Virus record (IMG/VR): IMGVR_UViG_3300005437_000001
Strand: one strand, 5' to 3'
Source: an uncultured virus (IMG/VR IMGVR_UViG_3300005437_000001)
Taxonomy: Duplodnaviria > Heunggongvirae > Uroviricota > Caudoviricetes
Length of the DNA: 64,000 bases
Positions 1 through 8,579 of this stretch are shown in pieces; the stretch's first letter is position 1; each line of letters starts with the position of its first letter. The notes beneath the pieces were generated by a model that did no database searches, was not told the DNA's origin, and saw only the letters and a list, made by a program, of their open reading frames with translations. A program made the translations under genes and the position numbers.

Positions 1-58
1 TCTCCCTGCGGATCAGCGCACTGACGGCCGCCGCCTGGCTGATCGCCGAGCTTCCCAT
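1..58 (-). CDS. 5' end of a leftward gene running off the window
   Basis: ATG at 58 on the minus strand, preceded by a GGGAGGGAG RBS and the leftward promoter at 104-133; frame is open to the window edge. Confidence 0.45.
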   Translation of the reverse strand, partial: MGSSAISQAAAVSALIRRE

Positions 59-103
59 CGTGGTCTCCCTCCCGATCGGGCGCCCCACGCGCCCGAAAAG
101 ACC

Positions 104-133
104 ATCGTATCATACCCCTTGTCTCCTTGACAA
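104..133 (-). promoter_or_regulatory. Leftward sigma70-type promoter overlapped by a palindromic operator
   Basis: Minus strand reads TTGTCA-18 nt-TACGAT; operator TTGTC-TCCTT-GACAA at 119-133. Confidence 0.6.
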
Positions 134-210
134 GGGTAGGGGAGGGGTCGGCCATGATACGCTGGTTCAGCCTTCAGTATTCGATAGGGACCCGGGAGGG
201 GTGGCGCAGC

Positions 211-1824
211 GTGGCCGACGAGGACGGCGAGCTCGGCCCGGACAATCCGGACCTGATGATGGGCCTGCAGCTGATGGCCGACTCGCTGCCGGACTACCAC
301 CGCGCCGAGATGTACTACGAGGCCACCAACCCGGAGTTCTTTGCCAGCATCCGGCTGCGGCGCGCCCTGGAGCGTACGGGCATCACGTTCAGGTTCAACC
401 TGGCCAAGACCCCGGTCGACGTGATGGCGGACCGCCTGGAGATCAACGCGATCTCGATCCCCGACGACGACGAGGCCGACGCGCTGCTCAAGGACATCTG
501 GACCTACAACCAGATGCAACTGAACGCCACCGACCTGCACCGACGGGCCGGAGAGTTCGGCGACGCGTATCTGATGGTGTGGCCCGCCTCCATCCCTGAG
601 GGGGAGGACGGGCCGGGCGACGAGTCGGTGGACGAGGACCCCGGGTACACCCTGGTCGACATGTTCTACAACAGCCCCAAGACGATGCGGCTGGTGTACG
701 ACACGGAGAACCCGCGCTACAAGCGGTTCGCCATCAAGAAGTGGACGGTCCCGGCCCAGCTGGGCGTGAAGAGCAAGCCGCCGACCCGGATCAACCTGTA
801 CTATCCGGACCGGATCGAGAAGTACATCACCGTGACCAACGCCAAGGGCAACCGGCGGCGGGACTGGATGAGGTATTCCGACCAGGACGACGAGGGGTGG
901 CCGGTGGCCAACCCGTACGGCGAGATCCCGGTGTTCCACTATCGGACCGGGACGCCGTACGGCGATCCCGAGCACCGGGCCGCGTACGGGCCCCAGGACT
1001 GCATTAACAAGCTGATCATCACCCACGCGGCGACGATCGACTATCACGGCTTTCCCCAGCGCTACCTGCTGTCGGAGGCAGGCAACCGGTCGGACGAGCT
1101 GGCCGATTTCGACACCTCGGACGACATCAACCGGTTCGAGGACACCGGGCACGACAGCACCCTACGGTCCGGTCCGGGCGAGGTGTGGTGGCTGAACGGG
1201 GTCAAGCAGGCCGGGCAGTTCAACCCTCCAGATCCGGCCGTGTTCATGACGCCGCTGGACACCTACATCCGGATGATGGCCCAGGTCACCACCACTCCCG
1301 TGCACTACTTCGATCCGCAGACCTACACCCGGCTGCCTCCGTCCGGCGAGTCGATCCGGGCAGCCGAGGTGCCGCTGCTCAAGAAGGTCCAGCGTCGGCA
1401 GATCAGCTACGGATCCACTCACGTCGACGCCATGCGGTTCGCGCTGAAGATCGCCACCTGGGACGGTGAGCAGGCGGGCATCGTCGGGTCCAACATTGTA
1501 ATCCGCTGGACGCCCGGTGCCACGATCGACGATCTGCAGGGGTGGTCGATGATCAAGCTCAAGCAAGACTGCGGCGTGCCGCCCCGCCAGACACTGCTGG
1601 AAGCGGGATACCACGAGGAGCAGGTCGACGCGTGGCTGCCGTACCAGGGCGACGACCTGGGGCAGCGGGTCGACATCCTGACCAAGGTGGCCACGGCGGC
1701 TCAGGCCATGGGCGCGGCCGTGGGGCTGGGCGTGCTGGACGGCGACCAGGTGAACCAGATCATCATGGGCATCCTTAACCTGCCGGAGGAGTCCACCACC
1801 GAGTTCGACGAAGGGACAGCCTGA
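211..1824 (+). CDS. Portal protein (SPP1 gp6-like)
   Basis: About 540 aa; YY near the N-terminus, FNLAKTPVDVMADRL, GDAYLMVW, NPYGEIPVFH, FPQRY and SGESIRAAE are typical actinophage portal motifs; GTG at 211 follows GGGAGG. Confidence 0.9.
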   Translation: MADEDGELGPDNPDLMMGLQLMADSLPDYHRAEMYYEATNPEFFASIRLRRALERTGITFRFNLAKTPVDVMADRLEINAISIPDDDEADALLKDIWTYNQMQLNATDLHRRAGEFGDAYLMVWPASIPEGEDGPGDESVDEDPGYTLVDMFYNSPKTMRLVYDTENPRYKRFAIKKWTVPAQLGVKSKPPTRINLYYPDRIEKYITVTNAKGNRRRDWMRYSDQDDEGWPVANPYGEIPVFHYRTGTPYGDPEHRAAYGPQDCINKLIITHAATIDYHGFPQRYLLSEAGNRSDELADFDTSDDINRFEDTGHDSTLRSGPGEVWWLNGVKQAGQFNPPDPAVFMTPLDTYIRMMAQVTTTPVHYFDPQTYTRLPPSGESIRAAEVPLLKKVQRRQISYGSTHVDAMRFALKIATWDGEQAGIVGSNIVIRWTPGATIDDLQGWSMIKLKQDCGVPPRQTLLEAGYHEEQVDAWLPYQGDDLGQRVDILTKVATAAQAMGAAVGLGVLDGDQVNQIIMGILNLPEESTTEFDEGTA

Positions 1825-1825
1825 C

Positions 1826-2104
1826 ATGCGAGCCAGCGACGGGTACGCCAAGGCGTCGCCCAGCGACACCGACACCCTGCACGGGGCCGGACAGGGCGGC
1901 GCCGTCCTGCACTCCGGCAGCCGCCACCCCGACATCACGTCCAGCACGGCCAAGGGACCGGACGCGGGTATGACGGCCAGCCTCGGGCGCCCGCGCGCCG
2001 CCAGCGACATGTCGGGCAGCACGCCTGAGGACCACGCCGTCGCCCCCGGTCAGCGCACCGTCCTGGCCCCCAAGGGCACCATGACTCCTTCCAAGGTGTA
2101 CTGA
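1826..2104 (+). CDS. Hypothetical protein
   Basis: ORF directly follows the portal stop; GC3-rich codons. Confidence 0.5.
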   Translation: MRASDGYAKASPSDTDTLHGAGQGGAVLHSGSRHPDITSSTAKGPDAGMTASLGRPRAASDMSGSTPEDHAVAPGQRTVLAPKGTMTPSKVY

Positions 2105-2127
2105 CGCCAGCTACCGGATGGATAGAA

Positions 2128-2394
2128 ATGACTGAAACCAGCACCACCACTGAACCCAGGCACGTCTCTCGCGCCAAATTCTACTGCGCCTCGGCAAAGC
2201 GGTTCAGCGCCGACCTTGCGGTGGCGCTGACCGAGTACGAGTTCACCGCTGTGTACGATGACGGCATCGAGGAGAACAAGCGCTTCGCGCGCTACAGCCC
2301 GACCGGCAGGCTGACCATCTCGGTGGACAACCCGGACGTCGAATTTGAGATCGGCAAGTGCTACTACCTGGACTTTGTCGAAGCGAGGCAGTGA
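2128..2394 (+). CDS. Hypothetical phage protein
   Basis: 88-aa ORF (RAKF...ENKRFARYSPTGRL...YYLDF) resembling a widespread small phage family. Confidence 0.7.
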   Translation: MTETSTTTEPRHVSRAKFYCASAKRFSADLAVALTEYEFTAVYDDGIEENKRFARYSPTGRLTISVDNPDVEFEIGKCYYLDFVEARQ

Positions 2395-2645
2395 TGGCCA
2401 AGAACAAGGGCAAGAGCGGCAAGTCGGCGCTGCCGCCGTTCCTGAGCAAGAAGATGGTGGCCAAGCCGGGCAGCGCGGTCGGCGGCCCCAAGCCGGGTGA
2501 TAAGATCGTCGACCCCAAGGACAAGAAGGGCGTCGTCACCTCGGTCAAGAAGGGAAAAGTGTCCGTCGGGCACACCGACGGCACGCGCGACAGCCACGCG
2601 GCGGCGGCCGTCAAGCAGGTCTCACGCGCCCGCAAGGGCAGGTAG
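2394..2645 (+). CDS. Small Lys-rich basic protein with a KOW/SH3-like segment
   Basis: MAKNKGKSGK... with PKPGDKIV...KGVVTSV; start overlaps the upstream stop. Confidence 0.65.
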   Translation: MAKNKGKSGKSALPPFLSKKMVAKPGSAVGGPKPGDKIVDPKDKKGVVTSVKKGKVSVGHTDGTRDSHAAAAVKQVSRARKGR

Positions 2646-2693
2646 GCAGCCACGGAGCCTCTCGGGCCGGTATAATCGGGCCGGGAGGCCGAC

Positions 2694-4226
2694 GTGTCTG
2701 AGGGCAAGAGCAACTGGCGGATCTGGGACGAGCAGCACCGGGGCATCGCGCGCCTGCGCGAGCAGGTAGCCAAGCAGCGGTCTGCCGACAAGCTGGCCGC
2801 CCAGATCAAGGGCGCGCTGGGGGCCGCCGTCCCCAAGGAGATGCCCGGCCACGGGTCCGGCGGATCGGTCGTGCACCACACGACCAAGAAGGATATGAAG
2901 CGCCCGGCTCCGGTCAAGGGCGAGAAGGACCGCGCCGACTCGATGCGGACCCAGATCCGCATGGCTGCCTACCAGCGCCAGAAGTCCGGCGAGACGGCCA
3001 CTGCCCACGAGCCACCCAAGACCGAGCAGAAGGTCAACCCCCACCAGGGCCGGTCGGCCGACAAGCTGGCCGACCAGATCAAGGGCGGTCCGACAGGCGA
3101 TCGCGACAGCGGCGGCAAGTCAACCTTTGTGGCCCGGCACGGCGGGCATGTCTACACGCGAACCAGCGCCAGTCCGTATACTCACGCTGCCGTGGTACGC
3201 GACAGCCACGGACAGGAGTTCGTGGCCTCCTACCACGGCAGCGAGGCAGCCGCCCGCAAGGGCGGAGCTGGCATGCAGGTCATCGGAGTGGTCCCGCTGG
3301 AGAGACATCACCCCGGGTCGGCCGAGGCCAAGAGTGCTATAGTCTCCGACCGGGCCAGGACCAGGCAGATCATGGAGGCCAGAAAGGCGCCCGAGTCCGC
3401 CAAGCCCAGCGCGGAGAGGACGGCCAACCACTTCGCCATGGTGTCGGGGCGGGCTACGCTGGCCAGCGAGACCGCCAAGTCGGCGAGCGACCACCGGTCG
3501 GCGGCCGAGATCCACGACCGGGCGGCCCAGCTGGCGCCGACGGCTGGACTGCGGATGCAGCACCAGAACCTGGCCGCCAACCACCGGCAGGCGGCCCAGG
3601 TCGAAGACCGTGCCGAGGCGGCCCGCACCAAGGCTCGCGACGAGGCCCGGAAGGCTGCTGAGGCTCGCCACGCCGAGACCCAGGCGGCCATAGACCGCGT
3701 CAAGGCCCGCCAGGACCAGATGGAGAACCTGTCGGACCGGGCTGAGGGGGCGACGGCCAAGACCGAGCGGGAGAACACCCGTGAGGCGCACCAGGCGGCC
3801 AGCGACGCCCACCAGAGGGCCGCCGACTTTGCCCGCCAGATGGGGGCCGCGGACCGAGCCCAGCACCACCAGTACGCGGCCGGTGTCCACCAGATGGCGG
3901 CCGACGGTCCGCGCAAGCGCACCGGCCGCGCAGGCGACCGCTCCATGGACAAGTCGACCAAGACCGCCGCTCCGTCGACCAATCAGGCTCACGCCCAGCT
4001 GTACGAGACGTTCCGGCAGAAGGCTGTAGCAGCGTCGGCGACGGCCCATGACCAGGACAGCCACCACGCGGCAGCCCAGGCCCACCGGGGAGCTGCCCAG
4101 GCGGCGGTTACCTCGGCCCGGCGGATTGCCCACGAGCGCCAAGCTGCCAAGCACGATGAGCAGTCCAGGGTAACTAATTTGCCGTTGGGCAATGAGCGTC
4201 GAAAGGCGTCTGTCCCAAAAGTGTAA
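2694..4226 (+). CDS. Low-complexity Ala/His/Arg-rich protein
   Basis: 510 aa with repeated H..AA..H..AA helices and a duplicated RSADKLA.QIKG; TATAAT and GGGAGG upstream. Confidence 0.75.
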   Translation: MSEGKSNWRIWDEQHRGIARLREQVAKQRSADKLAAQIKGALGAAVPKEMPGHGSGGSVVHHTTKKDMKRPAPVKGEKDRADSMRTQIRMAAYQRQKSGETATAHEPPKTEQKVNPHQGRSADKLADQIKGGPTGDRDSGGKSTFVARHGGHVYTRTSASPYTHAAVVRDSHGQEFVASYHGSEAAARKGGAGMQVIGVVPLERHHPGSAEAKSAIVSDRARTRQIMEARKAPESAKPSAERTANHFAMVSGRATLASETAKSASDHRSAAEIHDRAAQLAPTAGLRMQHQNLAANHRQAAQVEDRAEAARTKARDEARKAAEARHAETQAAIDRVKARQDQMENLSDRAEGATAKTERENTREAHQAASDAHQRAADFARQMGAADRAQHHQYAAGVHQMAADGPRKRTGRAGDRSMDKSTKTAAPSTNQAHAQLYETFRQKAVAASATAHDQDSHHAAAQAHRGAAQAAVTSARRIAHERQAAKHDEQSRVTNLPLGNERRKASVPKV

Positions 4227-4270
4227 GCCCGGCTGATACCGGGCGCATCAAACCTGACGTGCACGACCGG

Positions 4271-4801
4271 ATGGCCAGAAACCTAAACAGGTTCGACCGG
4301 GCGGGCGGCAGGGTCCAGGTAACCAACGGCCGTAGTGCCGACTCACTGCGTGCCGAGCTACCGTCGCGTGGCTCCAACCACCGAACCGATTTTATTCACA
4401 ATGCGATCAGTCAGGCCGAAGAGCATCAGCAATTTGGCGACGCCCATCGTCTGATCATCGCCAGAGACCGCAAGGGCAAGCTAGTCGGCGCATTGTCGAT
4501 GCAGTATTCGGATCCGGAGGTTACCGGGTCCGAGCATCGGTCCGTTCATATCGATGAGGTGGGGTCGGACGGTAGCGTGCCGGGCACAGGGACGCGGCTG
4601 GCGGTCGAAGCATCCAGACGGGCAGCGGCCGAGCGTCTGCCGGTGACTGGCACCTACGCCGACCAGGACGCGGCCCGGTTCTGGAGCGGTATGGGCTGGC
4701 ACCACGACCCGATGGATGAAGGTATGAGTGTATCCGGATGGACACCAGACGAAGCGTCTGAAGTGGCTATCCGGCACGGCGGGTCCGTCCGTGGCCGATG
4801 A
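4271..4801 (+). CDS. Putative GNAT-family acetyltransferase
   Basis: VHIDEVGS...PGTGTRL (acetyl-CoA loop) and AARFWSGMGW (motif B-like). Confidence 0.6.
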   Translation: MARNLNRFDRAGGRVQVTNGRSADSLRAELPSRGSNHRTDFIHNAISQAEEHQQFGDAHRLIIARDRKGKLVGALSMQYSDPEVTGSEHRSVHIDEVGSDGSVPGTGTRLAVEASRRAAAERLPVTGTYADQDAARFWSGMGWHHDPMDEGMSVSGWTPDEASEVAIRHGGSVRGR

Positions 4802-5903
4802 CGCGGCGGGGAACGACCCGCAGGAGGCTGAGGCCGTCCGGCTGACGCTGGCGCAGAACTACGCGGCGGCGGCCGGACTGCTGGCGCTGGAGCACGAGGC
4901 ACGCAGCGCTGCTACCGCCAATCTGAGGACCCTGATACAGCGCCTGTTTCAGCAGATCGCCGGGCGGTACGTCGTGCTGGCCGGGTCGATCGAGCAGCCG
5001 TTGGACGCGGTACAGGCCCAGCAGCTGGTCGGCCAGATCGTGGCCGAGCTGGACGCGCTGCGCCGAATCGATTTCTCCACCCCCCTGGCCCACTATGCCG
5101 ATCTCGCGGTCCGGCGCGGACTGGAGTACGGCAACCGATACGTGTCGCAGCCCGTCCCGGCGGTCGGCCTCAGTCTTCCATCTTCAGTCAGCCAGGCTGT
5201 GGGAGGGGTGGCGCAGGCGGTGGCCGAACGGGTCGATGCGGCCCAGCAGATGGCGCAGTCCCTGGGCGTGTCCGAATTCAAGGACCTGACCGCCGTTCAG
5301 GCCAAGGCGCAGCAGATCTCCACCCCGGTGGACCGGGCGGTGTCGTACGCGATATCGACGGCCAACAGCCACGGGCTGGCCGTGGTGGCCGGACAGCGAG
5401 GCGGCCAGCTGCTGTGGGTGGCCGAGCGGGACGCGTGCGTGGTGTGCCTGGCCCTGTCCGGACACCTGATCGACCCCATGACCGGCGAGGGGTTCGACGA
5501 GGATGCGACCTTCGGGAAGCCGGGGTCGGCTCCGCCGATCTGGCCGCCGGAGATGCCGTTGACCGGGCCGCCCCGGCACAACTTCTGCCGCTGCCACGCC
5601 GAGCTGTGGTTCGGAATGCGCAGCGTCGAGGGCGGACCGCTGGACGGCGCGCTGTACAACCGACCCGACCTGGCGGCGCAGGTCGATCTGCCTGCAGCGC
5701 TGCGGCGCGAGGCCAAGCGGTCGGTACTGCGCGGCTGGAGCCTGCCCAGCGAGTCTCAGGCCGCACGGATCAATGCCGCCGACAGGCTGCTGCGGCGCGG
5801 CGCCGGAATGCCCAAGACGGTAGAGGACCGCGCCCGCCGACAGGTACGGAATAAGCGTTTTGATAGCCGGAGCGTACCGCGCGGTAGCGCGAGGCGCCCT
5901 TGA
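4791..5903 (+). CDS. MuF-like minor head / capsid maturation protein
   Basis: WVAERDACVVCLALSG and PPRHNFCRC motifs; lies between portal and scaffold. Confidence 0.8.
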   Translation: MADDAAGNDPQEAEAVRLTLAQNYAAAAGLLALEHEARSAATANLRTLIQRLFQQIAGRYVVLAGSIEQPLDAVQAQQLVGQIVAELDALRRIDFSTPLAHYADLAVRRGLEYGNRYVSQPVPAVGLSLPSSVSQAVGGVAQAVAERVDAAQQMAQSLGVSEFKDLTAVQAKAQQISTPVDRAVSYAISTANSHGLAVVAGQRGGQLLWVAERDACVVCLALSGHLIDPMTGEGFDEDATFGKPGSAPPIWPPEMPLTGPPRHNFCRCHAELWFGMRSVEGGPLDGALYNRPDLAAQVDLPAALRREAKRSVLRGWSLPSESQAARINAADRLLRRGAGMPKTVEDRARRQVRNKRFDSRSVPRGSARRP

Positions 5904-5965
5904 TCGGGTTGAATCGGTGCCAGCGCGCGGATGTGCGCAGGCATCAGCCCGGATGTGGAGACAGT

Positions 5966-6808
5966 ATGACCAACCGCCTGAGGTACGCCCCCAGACTGAT
6001 TCTGGGATTCGATCCGCTCGGCCGACCGATCTACAGCGTCGGCGGGGCGCAGGACGATTTCACCGTCGAGCCGGACGCCGACGACGCCGCGCCGGACGAC
6101 GACCCCGACGCCGATCCCCAGGACGACGGAGGCAAGAGCGGCAAGAAGTCGTACCAGCCGCCGGACTACGCCGAGTGGGTAAAGGTGCAGAACAGCCTGA
6201 CCAGGGCGAACGCGTCGGCCAAGGCCAGGCGAGAGGAGCTGGCGGCAGCCAACAGGCGGCTGGCCGATCTGGAGCGCAGGGAGCAGGAGCGGCAGGCCAA
6301 CGAGGAGCGCGCCCGCCTGCTCGGCCAGAACCAGCCCCAGCAGCCGACCGGCAAGCGCGGCAAGGGGGCGCAGCCGCCGACCACCCTGCCGGACAATGTG
6401 CTGACCCCGGCCCAGGTCCGCCAGCGCGAGAAGGCGGCGGCCGAGGCAGCCGAGACGGCCGCGTCCGAGAGGTACCGGGACCAGCTCGCCCGTACGGCCG
6501 CCCGCGCGGAGCTGGTCGACGCCGGAATACCCAAGGCCAGTGCCAAGCGGCTGGTGGCCTTGCTGGACATCGGCCAGATCGAGATGGACGAAGAGGGCAA
6601 CATCGTCGGCGGCATGGAGGACCAGCTGGAGCAGCTGCGCGCCGAGCTGCCGCAGCTGTTCGCGGCGCCGGAGCCCGAGAAGCCCAAGCGCACGCGCCCG
6701 GCTCCGCCGCGTATCCCGGCCGCCAACGCGGCGCCACAGGCCCCGGTCGACAACACGCCCAGGTCGTCGGCGGAGCGCCTGGCCGCCATCGCGCTGGGCA
6801 ACCGGTAG
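5966..6808 (+). CDS. Capsid scaffolding protein
   Basis: Acidic N-terminus, coiled-coil middle and ELPQLF near the C-terminus; immediately upstream of the capsid gene; GGAG RBS. Confidence 0.8.
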   Translation: MTNRLRYAPRLILGFDPLGRPIYSVGGAQDDFTVEPDADDAAPDDDPDADPQDDGGKSGKKSYQPPDYAEWVKVQNSLTRANASAKARREELAAANRRLADLERREQERQANEERARLLGQNQPQQPTGKRGKGAQPPTTLPDNVLTPAQVRQREKAAAEAAETAASERYRDQLARTAARAELVDAGIPKASAKRLVALLDIGQIEMDEEGNIVGGMEDQLEQLRAELPQLFAAPEPEKPKRTRPAPPRIPAANAAPQAPVDNTPRSSAERLAAIALGNR

Positions 6809-6939
6809 AGGGTAAGTGGCGGGCGACTGCCCTCGGTGCTAAACTGAGGGCAGCTCGCGGATGCGGGTGGTTGAGACCCAGGTGGGTCGATCGCAAAACC
6901 CATGAACTCAACCCCCAACATCTGCGGAGGACTGCGGCG

Positions 6940-7986
6940 ATGTTCCGCTCCAGCCTGCTCGCGGGACCGTCTGTTCCCGCGCGTACTCTTCTGACCATCC
7001 TGCCGGACGGGCGTCCGGTCTACGCCGTCGCGGGTGGCGCCCGCGACACGATGGAAGCGTGGATCCCCGAGGAGTTCGACTCCCAGGTGATCATGCGGGT
7101 GAACCAGATCTCGGGCGTCGAGGCGCTCGGATCCCCGGTCCCCATGAACTCGGAGACGCGCTCCGTCCCCCGCAGCGCGGGCATCGGCGTCTCGCTGGTC
7201 GCCAAGGGCGGCACGTACGGCGAGGACCAGTCGGTCAACGACGCGGTGATCCTGTCCGCCCAGAAGTTCGGCATGGCCGTCCGCATCGCGGAGGAGGACA
7301 TCGACGACGCGATCGCCGACGTCATCGCCACGAAGCAGAAGGACTGGGCGACCTCGTACGGCAAGATGTTCGACAACTCCTGCCTGGCCGTCAGCGCGGC
7401 ACCGGGCGCGGGGGTCCCGTTCGCGTCGGTGTACTACACCCTGACCCAGAGCGACAGCGCCACAGGCTACACCGCCAACGCCAACCTGACCCAGACCGGG
7501 TCCGGCGGTACGACCTACGTGACCCTGTCCAACTCCCTGGGCAACGTCGAGCGCGGCAACTACTTCGACATCTCCGAGATGGTGTGCCTGGCCCACCCGG
7601 CCTACCGCAACATCCTGCGCAACATCAAGGACACCAACCAGCGCCCGATCTTCCAGGAGTCGACGGCCGGGTTCCCGGGCGGCGGCATGGCCGCCTCGCC
7701 GGACACGATCTTCGGCATTCCGATCCACTGGTCGCTCGGCGCGATGACCTCGGCCGTCGCCACTCCGACGCCGACCGGCAGCCCGCTGATCGTCTGGGCG
7801 AACCGCAACTACATGATCGTCGGCCGCCGGTCCGGGCCGGAGTCGGTGTTCATCGACGGCCGCAACGGCCTGTCCGCGCTCACCGATGAGTCGATCCTGA
7901 AGATGCGCGCCCGACGCGCGTTCGCGGTCGGCCACGAGAACGCGTTCGCGGTGCACGAGGACAACTCGGGCAACATCCTCATCTGA
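6940..7986 (+). CDS. Major capsid protein (HK97 fold)
   Basis: WIPEEF, IKDTNQRPIF, TIFGIPI and terminal RRAFAVGHENAF motifs; strong codon bias; GGAGG RBS before ATG 6940. Confidence 0.9.
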   Translation: MFRSSLLAGPSVPARTLLTILPDGRPVYAVAGGARDTMEAWIPEEFDSQVIMRVNQISGVEALGSPVPMNSETRSVPRSAGIGVSLVAKGGTYGEDQSVNDAVILSAQKFGMAVRIAEEDIDDAIADVIATKQKDWATSYGKMFDNSCLAVSAAPGAGVPFASVYYTLTQSDSATGYTANANLTQTGSGGTTYVTLSNSLGNVERGNYFDISEMVCLAHPAYRNILRNIKDTNQRPIFQESTAGFPGGGMAASPDTIFGIPIHWSLGAMTSAVATPTPTGSPLIVWANRNYMIVGRRSGPESVFIDGRNGLSALTDESILKMRARRAFAVGHENAFAVHEDNSGNILI

Positions 7987-8051
7987 TGACGGCGGCCGGG
8001 GTTTTCAGGCGGAGCCCCGGCCGCTCCCCCACCGCCTGATCGGAGACCCGA

Positions 8052-8570
8052 ATGCCCGAAGAGACGCCGCTTCCGGCGCCGGATCAGCCGACGATCACAG
8101 ACGGCGCCAACGACGGCCCGGTCACCACCCGGGACTACACGGGCGGCCAGTTCCCGTCGCTGGACGGCAACGTCGAGGCCGAGGTGACCCAGCGCCAGCC
8201 GGAAGACCACGAGCCGGGATTCTTCACCCGGATCTTTACGGTCCACACCCGGTCGCACACGGCCGGACTGCCCGCCGAGCACGAGTACCACCGGACCAAC
8301 CTGATCGGGGTTCTGCAGGACGCCATCAACCGGGGCCTGCACCCCAAGGGCGAGCCGGAGTTCGTCGGCGAGGAGCCGCACCCGTGGGAGAAGGACACGG
8401 TGAACCTGAAGTACCGTGTCCCGGTCACCCCGTCCATCGTCGACCACGAGCCCGCCGTGACGGCCACTCCGTCCAACGAGCTGGTGCCGGACGCCCCTGC
8501 CGATGACACATCGGTTCCAGCCGAGCCCGCCGCGCCGGACCAGACCCCCGTCGAGCCGCACACCCTCTAA
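8052..8570 (+). CDS. Hypothetical protein downstream of capsid
   Basis: 172-aa ORF with GGAG RBS. Confidence 0.7.
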   Translation: MPEETPLPAPDQPTITDGANDGPVTTRDYTGGQFPSLDGNVEAEVTQRQPEDHEPGFFTRIFTVHTRSHTAGLPAEHEYHRTNLIGVLQDAINRGLHPKGEPEFVGEEPHPWEKDTVNLKYRVPVTPSIVDHEPAVTATPSNELVPDAPADDTSVPAEPAAPDQTPVEPHTL

Positions 8571-8579
8571 GGAGTCCCG

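Noticed and set aside
5860..6939. 708-aa capsid ORF with a long N-terminal extension
   Set aside because: The extension overlaps the scaffold gene in another frame and is Arg/Gly junk; the RBS supports a start at 6940.
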